NCBI GenBank assembly: GCA_004293935.1
Contig: RDZH01000013.1
Location: 66,283 to 130,282 of the forward strand
Length of the DNA: 64,000 nucleotides
Direction of reading: 5' to 3'
Source of the DNA: Alphaproteobacteria bacterium
GTDB lineage: Bacteria > Pseudomonadota > Alphaproteobacteria > Rickettsiales > UBA998
Shown here: piece after piece, positions 1 through 8,964 of the stretch
How positions within the stretch are numbered: position 1 is the stretch's first letter
Layout of the letters: each line of letters starts with the position of its first letter
Position numbers and translations under genes: made by a program
The notes under the pieces: model-generated
The model's input: only the letters and a program-made list of their open reading frames with translations
Databases searched by the model: none
What the model was told of the DNA's origin: nothing

Positions 1-229
1 GATGGCACAAAATCACGGAAGCACCTTGGGCGCGCGCTTGTGCAATATAGGCTTCCCCATTATGCACGTTCCCACGGATGGCTGCAAAAAGGCTGCCGTC
101 ACGCACCGTGCGTGAATCTTGCGTGATGTCTAAAACGGATATGCCCTCAATGCCGATACCATGCCATGCATAGAGCGGTGCATCAGGAAGGCGACTTAGC
201 AGATCAGTAAGCAGAAGTTTTTTGGACAT
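1..229 (-). CDS. murE: MurE (UDP-MurNAc-tripeptide synthetase), N-terminal 76 codons; gene continues past the left edge
   Basis: Absent from the ORF track because there is no stop in the window. My translation from the ATG at 229 is MSKKLLLTDLLSRLPDAPLYAWHGIGIEGISVLDITQDSRTVRDGSLFAAIRGNVH. This has the typical MurE N-terminal pattern (DSR...G.LF.A..G). It lies directly downstream of ftsI, as in dcw clusters. Confidence 0.8.
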   Translation of the reverse strand, partial: MSKKLLLTDLLSRLPDAPLYAWHGIGIEGISVLDITQDSRTVRDGSLFAAIRGNVHNGEAYIAQARAQGASVILCH

Positions 230-2009
230 AAGGTGGGTTCACTCCATGTTTAGCGCGGTATGCAGCAGATATAATCATGCGGTCAATGTCATCTTCTGGC
301 ATAAAATAAATGGGCGGGATGCCTGCCATGGGTGCAATAGCGCGGATGACTTCAGCGGCGGCGGGTGCTGCTACCCATCCTGCCGTTGCGTAATTATAGG
401 TATCTTTCGTGCCGATAGGTTCATCGAGCATAATAAAGACGAAATATTCGGGTTGTGGCATGGGGAAGGCAGCAATCAGCGAGGAAAGTTTTTTATCTGT
501 GGAATAACGTCCATTCACTACTTTGTTCGCTGTGCCTGTTTTTGCGCCAACGGCATAGCCTTTGACATCTGCTTTTGATGCTGTACCATGCTGTACCACG
601 GCACGCATCAAGCGGTTGACGTGATAAGAAGTTTCTTTGCCAAGAATGCGCGTTGCCTCTTTTTTCTGGTTATCGAGCAAGGTCACATCGCGGTATTCTC
701 CGCCATTATTGACGGCGAGCATTCCACGGATGAGGTGCATTGGTGTCACGGAAATGCCATGCCCAAAGGAAATGGTGGCACTTTCTACGGGTTTCCATGT
801 TTTACGCGCTTTGGGTACGGCAAATTCCTTGATTTCCAGCCCAACGGGTTCAAATAGCCCCACTTGATGCAAGAATGCACGTTGTTTTTCCATCCCCACA
901 TCTTGCACCATTTTCACTGTGCCAATGTTGGAGGAATAGACTAATATCTCAGGTACGCTCAGCCAACGGCGTTTAGGGTGGAAATCGCGTATCGTGTTGC
1001 CTTGAAAGCGGATGGGATGGGTGGCATCATACCCTTGCGTCATTGTGATGTTGCCATGCTCCAGCGCAAAGGCAAGCGATAATGTTTTGAAGATTGAACC
1101 TAACTCATATTCCCCAACGGTTAAGCGGTTGAAATGCGCGCTTGAGGGAAAAGCGCGTGGACGGTTCGGATCAAAATCAGGCAGGCTTATCATGGCGCGT
1201 GCTTGCCCTGTAGGGATATGGAAAATCGCACCCGCTGCTCCAATCGCTTGATGCTTGAACATGGCTTTTGCTACCGCATCATAGAGGGCTTGTTGCATCC
1301 GTACATCGATGGATAATGTGAGCGGGCTTATCTCCTCATCGCTCATTAATTGACGATCAAAGGATTTTTCTACCCCCGCAAGCCCTTTGCCATAATCATC
1401 CGTATAACCAAGAACATGCGCCATCAAATGCCCATGCGGATACATACGGCGATAATCATCATGAAGATAGACTCCGGGAATGCCTGCCCATAACACCGCT
1501 TCTTGTTCTTTGGGCGTGAGGTGATGTTGTAACCATACGAACTTTGCTTTTGAGGTAATGCGCTTTTGCAGGGTTATCAGATCAAGTTGCGGTAAGGCGG
1601 TATGGATACGTTGTGCGGTATCGTGTGCATCAATAATTTCATGAGGGCGGACGTATAGTGAACGGGTGGGAACAGAACTTGCGAGTAATACGCCACTGCG
1701 ATCACGAATCGATTGACGTGGCATCACCATGGCGGGGACATTAGGTTGCCAACGCTCACCTTCGGTTTTCACTGTGCCGCGCATCATCTCAACGCTTGCG
1801 ACTGTTTGTGTGGTGGTGGTATCAATATCATGATAGGCTTCGCTAAATAATCTGCCAAGGCTGCGATCACCTTTATTGGCATCGATCATTTTCACCGCAA
1901 GGATGGCATACATGATCGCAAAGCCTGCCAATACCCACACCATACGTATACGGCACGCATCAATGCTGTACGATGGGGCGATATTGATATGCGTGTTGAT
2001 TGGGCGCAT
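204..2009 (-). CDS. ftsI: Penicillin-binding protein 3 type transpeptidase FtsI
   Basis: 601-aa ORF with an N-terminal TM helix. It carries the SxxK (GSIFKT), SxN (YSSNIG) and KTG (AKTGTA) motifs. It sits between ftsL and murE. Confidence 0.92.
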   Translation of the reverse strand: MRPINTHINIAPSYSIDACRIRMVWVLAGFAIMYAILAVKMIDANKGDRSLGRLFSEAYHDIDTTTTQTVASVEMMRGTVKTEGERWQPNVPAMVMPRQSIRDRSGVLLASSVPTRSLYVRPHEIIDAHDTAQRIHTALPQLDLITLQKRITSKAKFVWLQHHLTPKEQEAVLWAGIPGVYLHDDYRRMYPHGHLMAHVLGYTDDYGKGLAGVEKSFDRQLMSDEEISPLTLSIDVRMQQALYDAVAKAMFKHQAIGAAGAIFHIPTGQARAMISLPDFDPNRPRAFPSSAHFNRLTVGEYELGSIFKTLSLAFALEHGNITMTQGYDATHPIRFQGNTIRDFHPKRRWLSVPEILVYSSNIGTVKMVQDVGMEKQRAFLHQVGLFEPVGLEIKEFAVPKARKTWKPVESATISFGHGISVTPMHLIRGMLAVNNGGEYRDVTLLDNQKKEATRILGKETSYHVNRLMRAVVQHGTASKADVKGYAVGAKTGTANKVVNGRYSTDKKLSSLIAAFPMPQPEYFVFIMLDEPIGTKDTYNYATAGWVAAPAAAEVIRAIAPMAGIPPIYFMPEDDIDRMIISAAYRAKHGVNPPYVQKTSAY

Positions 2010-2344
2010 TAACGGACTCCTTGAGGGAGAGCAACCGCATGATGATGCGGATGAATAGTTGGTTGTTCTGGGAAGGTGAGGGCAGAAAATACTGTATCAC
2101 GCTGCATGATCTGTTCAGGGGCAATCGGCGTGAGTTGTAGATGTGTTTGGGCAAGTGCAGCAACGCGCTCAGGGCGGCTGACATACGTCCATTCCACTTC
2201 TGCCATATGTAGTTGTTCACGCTCATGGCGCAATTCGCGCTCAAGTTTGAGGGTGGTTTCGTGTGCGGTATGCACTTGATATTTTAGCTCATAGAGCATC
2301 AAAGCCCCGATCATGCATAAGGCTATCCATAGAATATCACGCAT
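2009..2344 (-). CDS. ftsL: Cell division protein FtsL (alphaproteobacterial type)
   Basis: 111 aa with a single N-terminal TM followed by a coiled-coil-like region. It lies between rsmH and ftsI with overlapping stop/start codons. Confidence 0.75.
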   Translation of the reverse strand: MRDILWIALCMIGALMLYELKYQVHTAHETTLKLERELRHEREQLHMAEVEWTYVSRPERVAALAQTHLQLTPIAPEQIMQRDTVFSALTFPEQPTIHPHHHAVALPQGVR

Positions 2345-3299
2345 AGTTTGTCCTCCCTTGCTTTATGGTGCGTGCAGGAGCTGAGGTGCGCTCTGCAACG
2401 CGTAATTTTGCGCTGCGTGCGCGTGGATTATGCCGACATGCATCATCCGTTGCTACGATGGGTTTGCGGGTGACGGAATGAAAGATGGGTGCTTGCTGTT
2501 CGCTGATGGGGGCAGGGCGATGACGTGTGCCATGTTCTTCCCTATGTTCGGCATCACGCAAGAAATGTTTCACAATGCGATCTTCAAGAGAATGAAAAGT
2601 CACAACTGCGATCCGCCCCTGCGGTGCTAAAATCTGTTCAGCGGCTTCTAAACCGTGGGTCAATTCACCTAATTCATCATTGACGACAATACGTAATGCT
2701 TGAAAAGTGCGCGTTGCTGGGTCAATCGCTGCGCCACGTGGCGGGATGATGCGGTGAATGAGATCGCGTAAGTGCCGAGTGGTGCTGATAGGTTCTAGGG
2801 CGCGTTGCGCAATGATCGCACGGGCGATTTTGCGTGAAGCACGTTCCTCACCATAGTGCCATAAAAGCGAGGCAAGTTCTTCTTCTGAGGTGGTGTTGAC
2901 AATATCTGCTGCGCTGCGCCCCTGCTGCTCCATACGCATATCAAGCGGGGCATCAAAACGAAAAGAAAAACCACGATCGGGGGTATCAAGTTGCATTGAA
3001 GATACGCCAATATCTAACATAATCCCATGCACGGGTAGTATATGGGCTAAAAGCTGGGGCATCTGCGAAAAGCACCCTGCATGAAATGCAAAGCGTGCGC
3101 CGTAAAGTTGCTGTAAGCGTTCAACATGCGGTTGCACCGATGGGTCACGATCCAACGCGATGATGCGTGCCTTGCTGGTGCTGAGTACCGCTTCACTATA
3201 GCCACCTGCACCAAATGTGCCATCGACAATCATCGCATCATCATGCAAGGCAAGTGAGGCGATCACCTCATCTACTAAAACTGGAATATGGGGCTGCAT
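2337..3299 (-). CDS. rsmH: 16S rRNA (cytosine1402-N4)-methyltransferase RsmH (MraW)
   Basis: 320 aa. N-terminus is HIPVLVDEV with a GTFGAGGYS SAM-binding loop. It follows mraZ. Confidence 0.93.
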   Translation of the reverse strand: MQPHIPVLVDEVIASLALHDDAMIVDGTFGAGGYSEAVLSTSKARIIALDRDPSVQPHVERLQQLYGARFAFHAGCFSQMPQLLAHILPVHGIMLDIGVSSMQLDTPDRGFSFRFDAPLDMRMEQQGRSAADIVNTTSEEELASLLWHYGEERASRKIARAIIAQRALEPISTTRHLRDLIHRIIPPRGAAIDPATRTFQALRIVVNDELGELTHGLEAAEQILAPQGRIAVVTFHSLEDRIVKHFLRDAEHREEHGTRHRPAPISEQQAPIFHSVTRKPIVATDDACRHNPRARSAKLRVAERTSAPARTIKQGRTNYA

Positions 3300-3757
3300 T
3301 ATTGCCCCCCTGTGGAACTACGGAGCAATGCACGTTTTTGGAGTGCCAATGTACGGCTTTCTTCGGCGTAACGTGCATAAGCGGTAGGTTCCCATATTTC
3401 AAAGGTCTTGCCTTTTCCGACAAATACCGCTTCTTCATCAATGCCAACAGATGCAAGCAATTCAGGGGATAAGACGATACGCCCCTCACCATCAAAAGGC
3501 AGTTGCACGCTCCCGCCAAGGATGGTTGCAGCAAAAGCATCATGTTCTTCTGAGAAAGGGTCGAGTGCTTCAATGCGCTCACACATGGCTTCAATACGGC
3601 TCATGGCGCACGCTTCGATGCACGGATTAATGAAGGATTGATAGGCAACAATCCCATGAAATTCTTCCGACTGCACCACAGCACGAAAGGTTGAGGGAAC
3701 GGATACCCGCCCCTTTTTATCAATCTTCTTGCTAAAGTTTGATAAAAATAATGCCAT
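3299..3757 (-). CDS. mraZ: Transcriptional regulator MraZ
   Basis: 152 aa with two MraZ/AbrB-like halves (KIDKKGRVSVP and DGEGRIVLSP). It is the first conserved gene of the dcw cluster. Confidence 0.92.
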   Translation of the reverse strand: MALFLSNFSKKIDKKGRVSVPSTFRAVVQSEEFHGIVAYQSFINPCIEACAMSRIEAMCERIEALDPFSEEHDAFAATILGGSVQLPFDGEGRIVLSPELLASVGIDEEAVFVGKGKTFEIWEPTAYARYAEESRTLALQKRALLRSSTGGQ

Positions 3758-3790
3758 AGAATGTAACGCCCTTTTCCTCTTAGATGATGC

Positions 3791-4087
3791 CTAGAGGAGT
3801 TCAATGCAGGCGCAAAGAATCGTCCATATGATAACGGGCAAGAGGGTCAAAAGGCATAGCGCATCATGAGAGCGCATCCATTCAGTAACGCGACTTCCCC
3901 ATGTGATTCTTTTTGCCTTGGGTGCGCTTGAATCGTTCATTAATGCTGCGAGGTAGCGATTGATCGCCTCATCTTCTGCTTCAGCAGATCGCGCTGATTC
4001 AGGCGTAAAGCCATAGCTGCGATAGATTGCATCCACATCGGGAGAAGTGACTGGCTCTTGCCATGAAGTAGAGATGCTGGCGTTCAT
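3791..4087 (-). CDS. Hypothetical small tail-anchored membrane protein (98 aa from the ATG at 4087; the ORF track extends to a TTG at 4102)
   Basis: ATG at 4087 is preceded by GAGGGA about 8 nt upstream. The body is hydrophilic and acidic with a C-terminal hydrophobic helix (LCLLTLLPVIIWTILCACIELL). It lies between the predicted mra promoter and mraZ. Confidence 0.5.
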   Translation of the reverse strand: MNASISTSWQEPVTSPDVDAIYRSYGFTPESARSAEAEDEAINRYLAALMNDSSAPKAKRITWGSRVTEWMRSHDALCLLTLLPVIIWTILCACIELL

Positions 4088-4202
4088 AATGTTTTCCCTC
4101 AAAAAAATAATAGCTTAACCGCGATTCCTGCCCTATCCACTGCCTTTTTTATGAGGATGGGTTGGGTTTTTCCCTTCCTGCGTGATCCATTTTTGGATAT
4201 TC

Positions 4203-4228
4203 TTGGGAATCTTTGGTCTCATTTGGGA
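4203..4228 (-). promoter_or_regulatory. Three direct TTGG(G/T) repeats with 10-bp phasing, a candidate MraZ operator
   Basis: The plus strand reads TTGGGAATC TTTGGTCTCA TTTGGGA, with TGG at 4204-4206, 4214-4216 and 4224-4226. The repeats lie immediately downstream of the predicted -10 element on the minus strand. Confidence 0.35.
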
Positions 4229-4256
4229 TAATATGTGGAAAACTTGGAAAGGTCAA
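4228..4256 (-). promoter_or_regulatory. Predicted sigma70-type promoter for the small ORF and mraZ-dcw operon
   Basis: The minus strand reads TTGACC (4256-4251), a 17-nt spacer, then TATTAT (4233-4228). Confidence 0.45.
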
Positions 4257-4357
4257 GCATTTACTTGGGAAAAATGCATGGTTATAGAGCGCGTAAAAAC
4301 GAGCTAAGTTACTGATTGTTATTGATTCATGCATAAAAGCGTGCGCGCAACCGTGCC

Positions 4358-4388
4358 TGTGGATAAGTTTGTGCAAAACTTATCCACA
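4358..4388. promoter_or_regulatory. Inverted pair of perfect DnaA-box 9-mers (TGTGGATAA, 13 nt, TTATCCACA)
   Basis: tgtggataag at 4358-4367 and cttatccaca at 4379-4388. Each contains the exact consensus TTATCCACA, and they lie on opposite strands. Confidence 0.5.
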
Positions 4389-4430
4389 AAGGGGAATACG
4401 TGCTAAAAATGATGCAGTGATGGGGGGGTC

Positions 4431-5168
4431 TTAGGAACGTAGGCGAGCATGTTCCACAAGCTGCGTGGTCGTGCCTTCAATCTGCTCTTTGAGTGAGCGC
4501 ATGAATGCTTGCTTGTCTAGCCCAGACGGCATAGGGGGGAGGATTTCAACCTCAACAGTACCCGCTTTGCGCACCCATGCATTGCGACTCCAGAAGCATC
4601 CCGAATTGAGTGCGACAGGGCATAGGGTAGGGGAGAGCGCATGATATAAAAGCGCGATACCACTCTTATAACGGCTATCTTCTCCAACGGATGTGCGTGT
4701 TCCTTCAGGGAACATCACTACATTGCGCCCTTGCGCGAGAAAATGCGCGACTTGCGTGTTAATTTGCTGGATTGCCTTAATGCCATCCGTGCGATCAATG
4801 GCGATATGATCGCTTGCAGCAAGGTATGCGCCAAAAAGAGGGATGGAAAGCAATTCTTTTTTCAATACAAAGACAGGGCGATCAATAATATGCCATAAGG
4901 CGATGGTTTCCCATGCGGATTGATGCTTGACCGCATAGACAACGCCCCCTTGTGGCAAAGGCGTATGGGTGCGCACCTCATAATCCAGATCAAGTATGTG
5001 TTTTTGTAGGGTTAAGGCTATTTTTGTCCAAAGAAGGGGGATTTTTGCTTTGGTGGCATGATGTTTTTTGCTCCATAAGCACGGCGCATACCATAGCGCA
5101 ATACACATAGTGGCAATCAGAAAGAGAATAAGATACAAAACAGAGCGAATATAAACCACAGAACGCAC
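4431..5168 (-). CDS. plsC: 1-acyl-sn-glycerol-3-phosphate acyltransferase (lysophospholipid acyltransferase family)
   Basis: 245 aa with an N-terminal TM. It carries the acyltransferase motifs KHQSAWET and FPEGTR. Confidence 0.85.
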   Translation of the reverse strand: MRSVVYIRSVLYLILFLIATMCIALWYAPCLWSKKHHATKAKIPLLWTKIALTLQKHILDLDYEVRTHTPLPQGGVVYAVKHQSAWETIALWHIIDRPVFVLKKELLSIPLFGAYLAASDHIAIDRTDGIKAIQQINTQVAHFLAQGRNVVMFPEGTRTSVGEDSRYKSGIALLYHALSPTLCPVALNSGCFWSRNAWVRKAGTVEVEILPPMPSGLDKQAFMRSLKEQIEGTTTQLVEHARLRS

Positions 5169-5240
5169 ACCTATCTAAGAACCTGCATACACAGCCTCTT
5201 AATTGTTGAAATGAGTCAATGCTTACGGTATAGTATAAGA

Positions 5241-5438
5241 ATGAGAAATGTTCTATTGTTTTTTTTCGTTTGTTCTCTCACCTCCTGCGCTAGTGATTTG
5301 GATCATATTGATGGGCTGTGGAATCAAGGCACAGGTATTAGCCCGCTTCATTCTGATGCTGAGAAGCTGGAAGATGTGTTTTTTGAACCCGACCCTGATC
5401 ATAGTTTTTGGTGCAGTTATTATAATCAAGGCTGCTGA
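5241..5438 (+). CDS. Small putative lipoprotein
   Basis: From the ATG at 5241 the sequence is MRNVLLFFFVCSLTSCAS. This gives a signal peptide plus an L-T-S-C lipobox. No other recognisable motif. Confidence 0.4.
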   Translation: MRNVLLFFFVCSLTSCASDLDHIDGLWNQGTGISPLHSDAEKLEDVFFEPDPDHSFWCSYYNQGC

Positions 5439-5481
5439 TTCCCCCTTCCGTAGTGATTATGGGCATTTTATGCTGTGAGGC

Positions 5482-5913
5482 ATGAAGCATACTCCAGATG
5501 ATATTATTAAAGAAGCGCGCTCATGGCTTGGTGTGCCGTTTGTGCATCAAGGACGAACACGCTACGGGGTTGATTGCCTTGGGCTACTTATGGGCGTTGC
5601 TGCATCCTTGCAGCTTGTTGATCGTCATGGCGTACCGTTGACGCATCATGATCAACGTGCCTACAGCACTATGCCGTGCGTGCAGCAGCTTTATGCCACC
5701 TTATCCGATGCGTGCCGTGAGGTTGAGGCATGGCAGCATGGCGATATTGGCTTATTTCATATTGAAGGACGGGCGCAGCATTTGGCTATTTATGCGGATG
5801 CTCCGATGCCGATGCTGATTCACGCCTATCAGAGTGCCGGGTGCGTGGTGGAGCATCATTATGATGCGACATGGATGCGGAGGCTTGCATCAATATTTCG
5901 TGTGGTGATATAA
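5482..5913 (+). CDS. NlpC/P60 (C40) cell-wall peptidase of the phage/GTA type
   Basis: 143 aa. N-terminus is IIKEARSWLGVPFVHQGRTRYGVDCLGLL, with the catalytic Cys in DCLGL. The sequence GDIGLF...HLAIY...LIHAY...VVEH...W.RRLASIFRV follows. The layout matches the phage NlpC family found in GTA clusters (RcGTA g14-like). Confidence 0.8.
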   Translation: MKHTPDDIIKEARSWLGVPFVHQGRTRYGVDCLGLLMGVAASLQLVDRHGVPLTHHDQRAYSTMPCVQQLYATLSDACREVEAWQHGDIGLFHIEGRAQHLAIYADAPMPMLIHAYQSAGCVVEHHYDATWMRRLASIFRVVI

Positions 5914-5966
5914 CGACAATGTTGTCATAAAAAATTCATTGTTCATTTGCCCGTGCGTATAGTAGG

Positions 5967-6722
5967 ATGCGCTTCATGACAAAGACAAATGATTTAAGTG
6001 TTGAAAATCAGCATTATTATGATGCTATCGTGCATAATCCTGAGATGATCCATGATTCTGTGGCGTATTTCAAAGCGATGACGAGTCCGAAGATGCCGAC
6101 CCCAGAAGCACTTCTTGGGCGGTTGACGGGGTCTGTCGCTCCTGAAGATTTTACAAAATTTTGCCATGCTTTTGCCGATGGGGTTGCCTATGTGCGTGAA
6201 CGCTTCGGTACGCAACCATCCGCAATTATCTTGACCGATGATCCTGCTGAGAAAGGAATTTATATCCATCCAGAGACATTGGCTGTGTGCATTTCACGTG
6301 CCGAGATAAAAAATATGATCGAGATGAATATGAGTACACAGCCAAAGACCATGCCATTTCTTTTAGATTTTGCACAAGCCGCAACGATGTATGGTGTACA
6401 ACATGCCTATCACATACATATGCTGCGCTGTGATCCTGAATTAGTGAAGACAATGCATGATGCTCCCTCTGTTGAGCGCGAACAGGTGATGCAATCCGTG
6501 AACACAAAAATAGAAGAAGTGGTGCATGGCGCGATGAAAGATTTTGGCTATACGCGCACAGCCCCATTATTGCTGAATCATATGCAGCCCGATCTTTTGC
6601 TTTGGGCAGCGGATGAAATGAAAGCACGCACATCCGCCCCATCTGCTACCATTAGCGAGGCGCAACCACAGTCTGAGCGCGTGGTGGAAGCGGTAGCAGC
6701 AACAGGAAAAAGCGCGGGATAA
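5967..6722 (+). CDS. Hypothetical protein (likely start at ATG 5976)
   Basis: 251-aa ORF with no TM or signal peptide and no motif I recognise. AGGA lies about 8 nt before the ATG at 5976. Confidence 0.55.
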   Translation: MRFMTKTNDLSVENQHYYDAIVHNPEMIHDSVAYFKAMTSPKMPTPEALLGRLTGSVAPEDFTKFCHAFADGVAYVRERFGTQPSAIILTDDPAEKGIYIHPETLAVCISRAEIKNMIEMNMSTQPKTMPFLLDFAQAATMYGVQHAYHIHMLRCDPELVKTMHDAPSVEREQVMQSVNTKIEEVVHGAMKDFGYTRTAPLLLNHMQPDLLLWAADEMKARTSAPSATISEAQPQSERVVEAVAATGKSAG

Positions 6723-6742
6723 TCTTGTACTGTATGCCTTAA

Positions 6743-8632
6743 TCACTGCCATTGCTGCACACGTTGCGCAATGTGATAGGCATCCATCCCTGCGTGGGCA
6801 TAAAGTTTTTCAGGATCGCCATGCGATTGGAAATAATCAGGCAAGATGAGTGCGTGCAATGTGTGCGCACGATGTGGTTGTGTACGCGATACATGTAGCA
6901 TCACCTGCGCAGAAAATCCACCCGCCGATCCCTCCTCTAGGGTGATGACATGATCATAATCACGCACTAATGCATCCAGCATATCGGTATCAAGAGGTTT
7001 CGCAAAACGCGCATCAATGATGGTGACATCCTGTCCTTGCTCTTGAAGCATTTCCCGTGCGTGCATACAAGCGCGCAATCTTCCCCCTAAATTGAGCAAA
7101 GCAACAGAGCTGTTTTTGGCTATATGAATGATGCGTGCTTTGCCAAGCGGCAGCACTTCAGGCACGTCAGGTAAGGCTACCCCCATACCCTCACCACGTG
7201 GGAAACGCACCGCAATCGGAGAATCATTATGCGCCGCTGCCGTATGCACCATATGCACCAACTCCGCTTCATCGGAGGGTGCCATCACAACCATATTGGG
7301 CAAACAACACAGATAGGCTAAATCAAACAAGCCGGCATGAGTCGCGCCATCCGCACCAACTAATCCAGCACGATCAATCATAAAACGTACAGGCAGATTT
7401 TGAATCACAACATCATGCACTAATTGGTCATAACCGCGTTGTAGGAAGGTGGAATAGATGGCAACAAAGGGCTTAATCCCCTCGGTGGCAAGCCCTGCCG
7501 CAAAGGTCACGGCATGTTGTTCAGCAATCCCAACATCAAAACAGCGTTCAGGAAATTGTTTAGCAAATTGGTTGAGTCCCGTACCTGAAGGCATGGCAGC
7601 AGTGATTGCGACAATCGCGGGATCATGGCGTGCTTCTTTAATAAGCTGCTCCGCAAAGACGGAGGTATAAGACGGTGCAGTGGCTTTGGGCTTCATCTGC
7701 TCACCCGATTGCACATCAAATTTATTCACGCCATGATATTTTTCATGATTCGCTTCGGCAGCAGAAAATCCCTTACCTTTTTGTGTGGCGACATGCAGCA
7801 GCACAGGGCGATCCCAATCATTATGTTTGGCACTGCGGAGTACGTCAATTAATGTGGGCAAGTCATGCCCATCTAATGGTCCAATATAATACATCCCCAA
7901 TTCTTCAAAGACAGAACCACCCCCTACGGATACACCGCGTGCATAACGCTCAGCACGCTTGGCGGCATGACGGATGGGGCTTGGAAGATGCTCAGCAAGA
8001 TGCTTGCTGAAATCGCGGAATTGATGATAGGATGATGATGCGGTGAGTTTGGAGAGATGCTTACTCATCGCGCCCACGGCAGGGGCAATCGACATTTCAT
8101 TATCATTGAGAATAATAAACATGCGGGTTTTTTCTGCTCCAGCATTGTTGAGTGCTTCATAGGCCATACCCGCACTCATCGCGCCATCCCCAATGACGGC
8201 AACCACTTCAAACGGAGTGCATCCGCGCACATCACGCGCTACTGCCATCCCAAGTGCAGCGGAAATAGAGGTGGAGCTATGTCCTGCACCAAAGCAATCA
8301 TAGGGGCTTTCATCGCGTTTGCAAAATCCTGATAGCCCGCCTTCTTGGCGTAAGGTGGGTAATTGTTTGCGCCGTCCCGTGATCATTTTATGCGGATAGG
8401 CTTGATGCCCAACATCCCATATGATTTTATCGTTCGGTGTATCAAAGACATAATGCAATGCAAGCGTGAGTTCAACAACACCAAGCCCCGCGCCTAAATG
8501 TCCACCTGTTTTGGAGACGACTTCAATCAGCTCATCGCGCACTTCTTGCGCAAGTGCAGGTAATTGCTCCGCACCTAGACGGCGGAGATCATGGGGAAAA
8601 GAAACGAGATCAAGGATAGGGCGTTCTGTCAT
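6743..8632 (-). CDS. dxs: 1-deoxy-D-xylulose-5-phosphate synthase
   Basis: 629 aa. It has [14 protein letters not shown], the TPP motif [19 protein letters not shown], and a transketolase-like C-terminal half. Confidence 0.95.
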   Translation of the reverse strand: MTERPILDLVSFPHDLRRLGAEQLPALAQEVRDELIEVVSKTGGHLGAGLGVVELTLALHYVFDTPNDKIIWDVGHQAYPHKMITGRRKQLPTLRQEGGLSGFCKRDESPYDCFGAGHSSTSISAALGMAVARDVRGCTPFEVVAVIGDGAMSAGMAYEALNNAGAEKTRMFIILNDNEMSIAPAVGAMSKHLSKLTASSSYHQFRDFSKHLAEHLPSPIRHAAKRAERYARGVSVGGGSVFEELGMYYIGPLDGHDLPTLIDVLRSAKHNDWDRPVLLHVATQKGKGFSAAEANHEKYHGVNKFDVQSGEQMKPKATAPSYTSVFAEQLIKEARHDPAIVAITAAMPSGTGLNQFAKQFPERCFDVGIAEQHAVTFAAGLATEGIKPFVAIYSTFLQRGYDQLVHDVVIQNLPVRFMIDRAGLVGADGATHAGLFDLAYLCCLPNMVVMAPSDEAELVHMVHTAAAHNDSPIAVRFPRGEGMGVALPDVPEVLPLGKARIIHIAKNSSVALLNLGGRLRACMHAREMLQEQGQDVTIIDARFAKPLDTDMLDALVRDYDHVITLEEGSAGGFSAQVMLHVSRTQPHRAHTLHALILPDYFQSHGDPEKLYAHAGMDAYHIAQRVQQWQ

Positions 8633-8705
8633 AAGTAACTCATTAAGAGTGCTTTATGTACTCTATTTTCTTAAACAGAGCAAGAAGAATAGCATGATGA
8701 TGCGT

Positions 8706-8806
8706 ATCATCGTTTGACTAAAAAATGACTCATTTTTATGTCAAGTGCGACTATAACACTATGATGTATAATGCTTTTTTTGTTATATAATTGCCTATTG
8801 ATCGGC
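8706..8806 (+). repeat. Family C composite palindromic repeat, copy C1
   Basis: Reads cgtttgactaaaaaatgactcatttttatgtcaagtgcgactataacactatgat...ttatataattgcctattgatcgg. Nearly identical to 33421-33502 and to the reverse complement of 44196-44328. Confidence 0.8.
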
Positions 8807-8810
8807 GTTT

Positions 8811-8945
8811 AGAGAGTCCCGCATAACTCTCAATTCTTGTCATACCCTTGATAAGCGGTTATCCATAAACTAATGTTGTTACTGGATTCCTGCCTTCGCA
8901 GGAATGACGAATTTGTTGGTTGTAAGGGTTATGCAGAGGTCTCAA
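8811..8945 (+). repeat. Family A palindromic repeat, copy A1, plus tail module GTTATGCAGAGGTCTCAA
   Basis: Reads gagagtcccgcataactctcaattcttgtcatacc...ggattcctgccttcgcaggaatgacgaatttgttgg. The tail module is at 8928-8945 and recurs at 25339-25356. Confidence 0.8.
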
Positions 8946-8964
8946 TTATATAATGGAAGCACTA

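Noticed and set aside
4103-4430. Calling this intergenic region the chromosomal origin (oriC) because of the DnaA boxes
   Set aside because: There are only two perfect and two degenerate boxes. I found no clear AT-rich 13-mer-like unwinding element. plsC transcribes into the region, and none of the usual origin-linked genes (dnaA, hemE, parAB, gidAB) is nearby. I kept it as a DnaA-binding candidate only.
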